Of a stretch of DNA of 64,000 nucleotides, positions 57,118 to 64,000 are shown piece by piece. Position 1 is the stretch's first letter. Each line of letters begins with the position of its first letter. The notes below the pieces were generated by a model that ran no database searches, had not been told where the DNA came from, and saw nothing but the letters and a program-made list of their open reading frames with translations. This DNA comes from Spirochaetaceae bacterium (GTDB taxonomy: Bacteria > Spirochaetota > Spirochaetia > DSM-27196 > SKKC01): NCBI GenBank assembly GCA_007128315.1, contig SKXQ01000003.1, positions 1,026-65,025 of the forward strand, given 5' to 3'. Position numbers and translations under genes: made by a program.

Positions 57118-57732
57118 TTACCTGGCGCTATACCGGCTGCGAACAATCCGGTGGATTTCTTCGAGCGCGCGGTCCCGCACACCGTCGATGCCGGTATCAA
57201 GAAGAAAGTCCCGTCGCTCCCGATCAAACCAGCGGTACAGACGCTCGGCGGCGGTAGCCGGGTCTTCAGTTCCCCAGGCAATCTTTGTGATCGCGCGGAG
57301 TTCATCCCGGCTGAAGTAAATGCGTTCGCCAGCGACCTGTATCACAAAGGACTGCGGAGAAATCTGCTCGATATCGACCGAGTAACCTGGAGACGATGCG
57401 CCGGCCGGTGCTTCACCGTGCATGACCGCATCCTGTGCAGCCGAAACCTCTTCCTGTCGATGCCCGGTTCTCTGCTGATGAACGAGGAGCGCCACCTGCG
57501 ATGCTATGTAATCGAGAGCATTCTCATCAAGCTCCTGCAGCAGGCGTGTGATCTGTTCGATTCGTCGTGCAGCACCTGCTGACCGTTCCACAGCCCCGGA
57601 CGCATCGCCCAAAGCTTCCGGAGCCTTTTCCGCGAGACTCTTTCTCGCCGGAGTCTTCTTTGCAGTTGTCGCCTTCTCGTCTGTCGTCTTACTGTCTTTT
57701 GCCGTCGTCTTCTTCCTGGTTTGCCTTGCCAT
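57118..57732 (-). CDS. Hypothetical protein with K/T-rich basic N-terminal tail
   Basis: 204 aa, SD-like AGGAAAG; co-oriented and closely spaced with its neighbours. Confidence 0.75.
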   Translation of the reverse strand: MARQTRKKTTAKDSKTTDEKATTAKKTPARKSLAEKAPEALGDASGAVERSAGAARRIEQITRLLQELDENALDYIASQVALLVHQQRTGHRQEEVSAAQDAVMHGEAPAGASSPGYSVDIEQISPQSFVIQVAGERIYFSRDELRAITKIAWGTEDPATAAERLYRWFDRERRDFLLDTGIDGVRDRALEEIHRIVRSRYSAR

Positions 57733-57742
57733 GTCTTCTTTC

Positions 57743-59410
57743 CTATGTCGGGGGTCTCTTATCCGCAGCCCCTAATGATCTTTCCAGTACGCGGGCAATA
57801 CCGACAAGCTTCGCTTCGCTCCAGTAATCGCCGTACAGGGTTGCTCCAATCGGCATACCATCCTCGCTGAATCCTGCCCGAAACGTGAGAGACGGATGTC
57901 CGCTTCCATTCGTCAAATACAGCCAGTTGACCGCAGCCGGAGGTGCAAGTACCACGTCGACATGCTGTATCGCATCAGCGGCGTACCCGGCGTATACACG
58001 ACGAAGCCTCTGAGCCTGAATATACTCCACTGCCGAAAGAAAGCGAACCGAGCGAAAGGTATTGGGCCATGCGGCGACGGTCTGCCAGCGGAGCATCGCG
58101 TCCAGTCCACTTTCGGTGAGCTCCTCGAAAGTCGCTGCCGCTTCCGCCCAAACCGGGATCGCAAGGACTTCGTACGACACGTCCGGCAGTGTTACGGGAA
58201 CAAGTTCTGCTCCCAGGGACTCCGCCGCCGTAAACACGAACTCCGCGTCGTCTGTCCTCTGTCCGGCCGGGTACCCGACTCGAACACCGTGCAACCCGGT
58301 GTCGGCGTCACGCCCCGGACTCTCGTACCTCGCGTCAACACAATCCGGATCGATAGCCGCCCCCGCATCCGTGTGACCGCTAATCGCCTCGAGTACGAGC
58401 GAGCAGTCGTAGACTGTCCTCGCCATGGGTCCGATCTTGTCGTAGCTCGGGCACAGAGGCATACAGCCGTCCCGGGAGACCCGCCCGAAGGTTGGTCTGA
58501 GACCCGCGGTTCCGCACACAAGCGAGGGACTTATGATAGAACCCATGGTCTCGGTACCCAGTGCGAACGGCACGAGTCCAGCCGCTACTGCGGCGGCACT
58601 CCCCGCGCTCGAACCACTTGAACCGCTGTCAGTTTTCCATGGATTCCGGGTTGTGCCCTCATACCATATATCGCCGTACGCCAGCGCACCCATCGAAAGC
58701 TTGGCGACCAGAACCGCTCCGGCCCGTTCGAGAGCCCTGACGGTTGCCGCGTCCCGCCCTGGTATCCTGTCACGGTACGGCTCGGCACCCCAGCGCGTGG
58801 GAATATCGGCGGTATCGAGCAGATCCTTGGCACCCCAGGGAATCCCGTGAAGCGGCCCGCGTGAGATCCCCCGCTCTCTTTCAGCATCCATGCGATCTGC
58901 AGCGAGAAGGGCCGTCTCGTGACAGAGCTCGGCGACGCAATGGAGCTCCCGACCCCGTGTTTCGAGTCGCTTGAGAGAAAGTTCCGTCAGATAGCGGCTG
59001 GTGACAGCCCCGCTGTCCAGAAGCGATCTGAGCACAGAAATGTCTGCATAGCACAGATCCTCGTCGGCAGGACGTTCGCCCGAACAGAGGACTTTCCTTT
59101 CGTCCTCACGGTTCGACGCTGTCATTTCGGGAGGTGGAGGAACTATTGCAAGCCTGACTGCCGGCTGGTGCTCAAAATCGAGCGAACTCTTCCTGCGCTC
59201 GAGCGCCGTCTGACGGAATGAAGCGACCAGTCTTGCAAGCTGCGCCGCACCGTGACGGTCGACCTGAAGGCCGAGCACAGCGGCCATTTCCTGCATGTCT
59301 GCAGTCGAGGCACCAACCTTGCGAGGCCGGAGACGCGAGCCTCGCGCACAACGGTGACGGCGCCACGCGCCCGCACCGGACGAATGATTCTCATTGCGGA
59401 AACATCTCAT
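57743..59410 (-). CDS. Amidase signature family protein
   Basis: GPLHGIPWGAKD, SGSSAGSAAAVAAG and GTETMGSI (Ser-cisSer-Lys triad). True start may be downstream, e.g. 59296. Confidence 0.9.
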   Translation of the reverse strand: MRCFRNENHSSGAGAWRRHRCARGSRLRPRKVGASTADMQEMAAVLGLQVDRHGAAQLARLVASFRQTALERRKSSLDFEHQPAVRLAIVPPPPEMTASNREDERKVLCSGERPADEDLCYADISVLRSLLDSGAVTSRYLTELSLKRLETRGRELHCVAELCHETALLAADRMDAERERGISRGPLHGIPWGAKDLLDTADIPTRWGAEPYRDRIPGRDAATVRALERAGAVLVAKLSMGALAYGDIWYEGTTRNPWKTDSGSSGSSAGSAAAVAAGLVPFALGTETMGSIISPSLVCGTAGLRPTFGRVSRDGCMPLCPSYDKIGPMARTVYDCSLVLEAISGHTDAGAAIDPDCVDARYESPGRDADTGLHGVRVGYPAGQRTDDAEFVFTAAESLGAELVPVTLPDVSYEVLAIPVWAEAAATFEELTESGLDAMLRWQTVAAWPNTFRSVRFLSAVEYIQAQRLRRVYAGYAADAIQHVDVVLAPPAAVNWLYLTNGSGHPSLTFRAGFSEDGMPIGATLYGDYWSEAKLVGIARVLERSLGAADKRPPT

Positions 59411-59416
59411 GCTGCG

Positions 59417-60388
59417 CTATTCCTCCGCCCGATGTTCAATAATTTCGGCCCTGCGGTCGAGGTGCTGCCCGGACACATCAGTGCTGACCTGACGATCAGC
59501 CGCGAAGCCGGCCACGCGGCCGATGCGCGACATTTCGAGTCCCTGCGCGACGAGCTCTTCGGCGACCACTTCTGCCCTCAGGCGGGACAGCGCGATACGA
59601 CCGTCAGCAGACCCTGCAAACGCGGTGTGTCCTTCGACACGGACGGTTGATGCAGATGCGGCAAGGCTCGCAGCAGCTTCTGCGATGACAGCCCGGCCAG
59701 CAGGACTGAGCTCCGCCGTATCGGGGCCGAAGTACACGATCCAGGTGCGGGTTTCGTCGACGATTGAAAGCTCGCCCGTATCGGCCACCACACCGCCGGG
59801 AGCAGTTTCCGTCTCGGGAGCAGGTGGCACAGGATCGGCTGCCGTCGCATCGACGTCCGGATCAGCCGCGTCACGGGGGGCAGCAGGGTCTGCGGGTTCG
59901 GGATCTGAAGGTTCAGGAGTCTCATCACGCAACGACGCGACGGTCCGGACACGTCCTGCATCCGCCCCTCGTAACGCGTCGAGATTCCGATACAGCGCGA
60001 AGCCCCCCAGCGCCAGGACACACAACAAGGCCAGTAGAACGAGCGTGCGCAACAGGAAGGGCCAGAGGACATAGCGACTCACCGGAACAAGGACCTCGCC
60101 ACGGGGCGTGCCTTCGGCATGAAGTCGCAGCCGGAGCCTGGTAAATCCAACGACCTTCCCGGTCAGCTGCATGGCGAGCGGATTCTGCGACCGCACCGGC
60201 AGATCCCTCACATCGAAGGTGTGCAGGGGATCGACTCGACTCCGCCTCACGGCCGCAATCTTCACGAGTGCGCGCGTCTGATCCGGGCGGATAGGGGTGA
60301 CGTTCAAGGCCCCGGAAGCGTTGCTCTTTGCCGGAAGCAGAGTGACGTATCGAGTGTTTTCTATTTCAACCTGAAACGAGAAGGCCAT
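59417..60388 (-). CDS. Membrane-anchored OmpA/MotB-like peptidoglycan-binding protein
   Basis: N-terminal domain, TM, P/A/D-rich linker, and OmpA_C motifs YF..D...L, VEGHTA, LSRLRA..V, DRRAEI. Confidence 0.88.
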   Translation of the reverse strand: MAFSFQVEIENTRYVTLLPAKSNASGALNVTPIRPDQTRALVKIAAVRRSRVDPLHTFDVRDLPVRSQNPLAMQLTGKVVGFTRLRLRLHAEGTPRGEVLVPVSRYVLWPFLLRTLVLLALLCVLALGGFALYRNLDALRGADAGRVRTVASLRDETPEPSDPEPADPAAPRDAADPDVDATAADPVPPAPETETAPGGVVADTGELSIVDETRTWIVYFGPDTAELSPAGRAVIAEAAASLAASASTVRVEGHTAFAGSADGRIALSRLRAEVVAEELVAQGLEMSRIGRVAGFAADRQVSTDVSGQHLDRRAEIIEHRAEE

Positions 60389-60478
60389 AGCGATCCTGAC
60401 ACGTAGTGTATCGTATCTCCCTCTGAAGGGACAGCCGGACTTGAGCGAACACAGCAGTCGCTGCTACGGTGAGTACCC

Positions 60479-61393
60479 GTGAAACGTCCCTGGCATGTAA
60501 GCTCAAACCGTACAACGACGCTGCTACTCCTGACTGTGATTGTACTGGTCTTCGCAGCCGGACTGGATCGGGTCACGTTTCATTCCGGATACCGTCTGGA
60601 TATACCGGACTTCGGTCCTGCAGGAAGTGTTGGTGGGGGCCTTGAAGGCGGTCACCGAGCCTTTATGCTCGTACTGTGGAGCATCATTGCAGCCTCGGTC
60701 TTCAGCGTCGTCGTCTCCATGCTCACACCCGATGGGCGGAAGCGACTGCTCATGTCGGCGGTATTCATTCTCGGTGCGTTTTTTCTTGTCGGTGTGATCA
60801 CCGAGCTTCTCCCCGAACTCGAGGCTCCATCGACTCAGGCGGACGTGGAAGAAGGCGAAAGCGGTGCCGGAGGATCGTCCGCCGGCCTGCCCGGTCCGCA
60901 AGGCGACGCCGCGGTCGAACGCCCCGGGCCGCAGGACGCGCCGGCAGGTCTCGGTTATGTACTCGCGGTTCTCCTTTCATTGATTGCGGGTCTCGCTGTC
61001 TACCGCGTGACGCATGATTACCCCCGGGGTAATCAGCCGTACACGGAGGAGCCTGATCAGAAAGAGTTGTTACGTACCTGGGCCATCGATACGCGAGGGC
61101 ATCTCGAGTCCCCGGATGAGACCGTTGACGTCGTACAGCGAGCCTACTTCGATCTCGAGCGTTTCGCCCGCGAACAACTCGGTTCGCGCAGGAATCAGGC
61201 AACAAGTGCCCGCGAGTTCGTCACACTCCTGGCGGAATACCGACTACCCACGCATGCACTCATGACACTTGTCGATCTGTTTGAGCAGAGCCGCTACGGA
61301 GAAAAGAGTCTTCCTTCGCGCGACATGGAACGCGCGAGGGCCGCTCTGCGCGCCATCGTCGATGCTGTGGAACGGCCCGGGGGTTCTACGTGA
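60479..61393 (+). CDS. DUF4129-like membrane protein
   Basis: Several TMs; C-terminal V.RAY..LE...SAREF...L..LFEQSRYG. Confidence 0.8.
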   Translation: MKRPWHVSSNRTTTLLLLTVIVLVFAAGLDRVTFHSGYRLDIPDFGPAGSVGGGLEGGHRAFMLVLWSIIAASVFSVVVSMLTPDGRKRLLMSAVFILGAFFLVGVITELLPELEAPSTQADVEEGESGAGGSSAGLPGPQGDAAVERPGPQDAPAGLGYVLAVLLSLIAGLAVYRVTHDYPRGNQPYTEEPDQKELLRTWAIDTRGHLESPDETVDVVQRAYFDLERFAREQLGSRRNQATSAREFVTLLAEYRLPTHALMTLVDLFEQSRYGEKSLPSRDMERARAALRAIVDAVERPGGST

Positions 61394-62067
61394 ACAGAAA
61401 AAACCTCAGGCGGCTGCTGTTTTCGATGCTTGCGGCGACGCTCGTCGTCGGAGCGAGCATGGGGCCAGGAAGACCCTACCTCCTCGCTGCAAGCTCGACT
61501 GTCTATACCGCCTGGCTTTATGCAGGATATCTCTTCCGTTCGGTTCCGGGTGCATTCTGGTGGACCACGGTAAGTCTGATTGTCTCGATTCTAATCGTTG
61601 TGACCGCGATCAGGAGTTTTCCGGGACACTGGCCCGCTCCCGGAATAGCATCGGTCCGGTCTGTCCGTCGCTCGGGAAGACGGAACGGCGTATCGCATTC
61701 CCGGGACCGTCTCGATCTGATATACCGTCAGTTGACTGAAATCGGCGAACACCCGTCGGCAAACGCGTTTATTGATCGTGAGCTGGCAGATATACTGTCG
61801 CGCATGCTGTACGGAAAGCGGTGGACACGAGGCAGAGCCGCTGAGCTCGCCAGTCATCCCGCTCTCTCGAACTGTCCGGACCTCAGAAGACTTGCAGCGG
61901 AGGGGCCTGCGACAGACGGCTCTCCGCGTCATACAGGAGGCCGGCTGTTCGCAAACACCCGTCGGCGTCAGATCCGTCGCAGCGAGGCCGTCGGACAGAT
62001 AGAACAGTACGTTCAAGCGCTCGAGGCAATTGCAGATCACGGGGAGTACCAGAAGCATCATGAGTGA
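61390..62067 (+). CDS. Hypothetical membrane protein of the MoxR operon
   Basis: 225 aa with N-terminal TMs; overlaps both neighbours. Confidence 0.7.
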   Translation: MNRKNLRRLLFSMLAATLVVGASMGPGRPYLLAASSTVYTAWLYAGYLFRSVPGAFWWTTVSLIVSILIVVTAIRSFPGHWPAPGIASVRSVRRSGRRNGVSHSRDRLDLIYRQLTEIGEHPSANAFIDRELADILSRMLYGKRWTRGRAAELASHPALSNCPDLRRLAAEGPATDGSPRHTGGRLFANTRRRQIRRSEAVGQIEQYVQALEAIADHGEYQKHHE

Positions 62068-63031
62068 ACACACACACCGGAAGGACTCACCGGTCACACG
62101 GATCACTGAAGCGGTCGTTGCGGAAGTCGGGACGGTCATTGTCGGAAAGGATGCCCTTATCAGGGATGTCATCGCGGCGTTTCTGTCCCGGGGACACGTT
62201 CTCTTTGAGGATGTACCCGGTCTCGGCAAAACCATGCTCGCGCAAAGCGTCTCAGCCTGCCTCGGTCTTGAGTACCGTCGTCTGCAGTGCACTCCCGACC
62301 TTCTTCCCGGCGACATCACCGGCGGCTATATGTTGAATCCCGAAACGGGCCGATTCGAACTGCGGCGTGGACCGGTATTCACGAACATTCTCCTCGCCGA
62401 CGAGATCAATCGCGCGTCACCGAAGACACAGAGTGCGCTGTTGCAAGCCATGCAGGAAGGCGAAGTCAGTATCGAAGGCAGCACGTTTCAGCTACCTCAG
62501 CCGTTTTTCGTCATGGCAACGCAAAATCCGGTCGAATACGAGGGGACATTTCCCCTGCCCGAGGCTCAGCTCGACCGGTTTATCATGAAAACCGGCGTCG
62601 GGTACCCGGACCGCGACGAAGAAAACAGAATACTCAGAAACCGCATGAACAGACGGAGCGATGTGGTAGAAATCTCGTGTACAATTACCGGCCACAGCCT
62701 GAAAGACGCCTTCGCGGAAGTCGAATCGGTCCACGTGTCTGATGATCTGTCGCGGTACATCGTTGATCTTGTCGCGGCGACGAGAGGCGACCGGGGCGTC
62801 GCTGTCGGAGCGAGTCCACGCGGTAGTCTTGCCCTTCTGAAACTCGCCCGGGCAAGAGCATCCCAGCTCGGAAGAGATTTCGTTCTTCCCGATGATGTGA
62901 CGTACTTTGCACAGGCTGCCCTCGTACACCGTATAGTCCTGTCACCCGACCTCTGGACCCGACCGAATGCGGCAGATCGCATCGTCGCCCAGTGCGTGCA
63001 GTCTGTCCCCGTCCCTGTCAGCCAGTCATGA
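62060..63031 (+). CDS. MoxR family AAA+ ATPase
   Basis: EDVPGLGKT, QCTPDLLPGD, ADEINRA, ATQNPVEYEGTFPLPEAQLDRF and GASPR motifs. Confidence 0.95.
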   Translation: MSEHTHRKDSPVTRITEAVVAEVGTVIVGKDALIRDVIAAFLSRGHVLFEDVPGLGKTMLAQSVSACLGLEYRRLQCTPDLLPGDITGGYMLNPETGRFELRRGPVFTNILLADEINRASPKTQSALLQAMQEGEVSIEGSTFQLPQPFFVMATQNPVEYEGTFPLPEAQLDRFIMKTGVGYPDRDEENRILRNRMNRRSDVVEISCTITGHSLKDAFAEVESVHVSDDLSRYIVDLVAATRGDRGVAVGASPRGSLALLKLARARASQLGRDFVLPDDVTYFAQAALVHRIVLSPDLWTRPNAADRIVAQCVQSVPVPVSQS

Positions 63032-64000
63032 GACAACCAATCAATGCGGCTCATCAAATTTCTCTGCGATGGAGCGTATTGATTCTTCTGTTGTCCCTTA
63101 CCGTGACGACAGGCCTCCTGACGCGAAGCTCTTTCCCCTTCGTCCTGAGCGTGCCGATGCTTCTTTACGCGCTCTCGGGGCAGGCCAGGCCGAAACGGAG
63201 CTTCCGAACCGAGATAACTGCAGACCGTCAACGGATATCTGCGGGTGAAGAGGTTGCAGTACGGGTGACGATATACGCGGACGGTCCTGTCCCGTTCCTC
63301 CAGGTGAGGCAGACACTTCCCGGACAGGTGGAAGAGGTGTCAGGCGAGCTTGAGTACAGCGGAAATCACGACGGGAGCAAACCTGTCGTCCTGGCCTTCG
63401 TTGTCCGCTGCCCGCGGGGAACACACGTCATCGCAGCACCACTCATCACCTCCGGCAATTCGGCGCTCCTCCGGCACTCATCGGTACATGCACCTCAGCA
63501 GCTGCGAATCCACGCGGTACCACGGGTACACCCGCCAAAAAGCGTTTCGGTCAATCCGCCTGCCGTCAACCTGTTTCCAGGCATTATCGCATCCCGAAAG
63601 GCAGGGAGTGGAACACAGTTCTTCGACCTGCGAGACTACCGACCAGGAGACAGCCTTCGCCGCGTCTCGCGCAAGGCCACGCACGGTCGCCCGGGGTCCG
63701 CCGGACTTATCGTGACCGAGTTCGAAGAGGAACGGGCGGTCGACGTCAGCATTATTCTGGATGTGCGCAAAATGGTCTACGCGTCGTACGGAATGAGTCT
63801 CTTCGAAGCCGCCTGCGAAGGCGCGGCGGCTCTGACGGAACGATTCATCGCCGATGGAAACCGGGTGAGTCTGCTACTGTACGGAGGCCCGCTGCAGTGG
63901 GCACCTCCGGGCTACGGCAAGCGACGGAAAGAAATGATCCTTAACGAACTCGCCGAGGCGCGATTACAGGAACACGGAGCGTTCCGGAGCCTCGGGCAGA
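63028..64000 (+). CDS. DUF58 domain protein, 3' end runs off the window
   Basis: ATGA overlap with moxR; hand translation MRQPINAAH..., TMs, then FFDLRDYRPGDSLRR and IVTEFEEER..V.IILD. Confidence 0.88.
   Translation, partial: MRQPINAAHQISLRWSVLILLLSLTVTTGLLTRSSFPFVLSVPMLLYALSGQARPKRSFRTEITADRQRISAGEEVAVRVTIYADGPVPFLQVRQTLPGQVEEVSGELEYSGNHDGSKPVVLAFVVRCPRGTHVIAAPLITSGNSALLRHSSVHAPQQLRIHAVPRVHPPKSVSVNPPAVNLFPGIIASRKAGSGTQFFDLRDYRPGDSLRRVSRKATHGRPGSAGLIVTEFEEERAVDVSIILDVRKMVYASYGMSLFEAACEGAAALTERFIADGNRVSLLLYGGPLQWAPPGYGKRRKEMILNELAEARLQEHGAFRSLGQ

Noticed and set aside
57743..59410. gatA
   Set aside because: It has the amidase signature, but gatB and gatC are not adjacent and I do not see GatA-specific segments.
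59780..59930. Tandem repeat in the OmpA linker
   Set aside because: Only low-complexity ADP/DP peptide recurrences; no regular nucleotide repeat unit.
1..64000. CRISPR array, rRNA/tRNA, IS elements, anti-phage defence genes
   Set aside because: Intergenic gaps are short and I saw no spaced direct repeats, tRNA-like sequence, transposase or recognisable defence domain. A covariance-model scan was not possible, so small RNAs cannot be fully excluded.

Overview
A gene-dense, GC-rich bacterial chromosome segment, most likely from a free-living Spirochaeta-like spirochaete (inferred from the 'FAGGxQE'-type binding-protein leader and spirochaete-style MCP, M23 and Hsp33 proteins). It holds about 58 CDS, with one gene cut at each window edge. 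I see no rRNA, tRNA, CRISPR array, transposase or integrase. Main content: an FbpABC/AfuABC-type ABC transporter; an MCP; GH130 + GH4 alpha-galactosidase + AraC; an ArsP-type permease with a small thioredoxin; an 11 kb nucleoside-salvage cluster (ribokinase, two nucleoside hydrolases, BMP ABC transporter, deaminase, ADP-ribosylglycohydrolase); PBP1A; a sulfur module (TauE, MBL-rhodanese, split YeeE) around a near-perfect 30 bp palindrome; msrA/hsp33; mgtE; a double-length UvrA; rnr-DUF1820-queG; maeB; an amidase; an OmpA-domain protein; and a MoxR operon. Best leads: (1) a fully nested pair of membrane-anchored coiled-coil genes at 12462-12929, starts offset by 2 nt behind one Shine-Dalgarno, resembling Rz/Rz1 spanins but with no prophage around it; (2) an OmpA protein whose N-terminus aligns by eye to the Hsp70 substrate-binding domain; (3) a chemoreceptor with a periplasmic insert carrying a flavinylation-like motif; (4) 13 genes with a -10 box 6-10 nt before the start codon, suggesting leaderless mRNAs; (5) a degenerate Zn-dehydrogenase coupled to a FemAB-like GNAT gene. 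All family assignments come from motif recognition by eye; no database searches were run.
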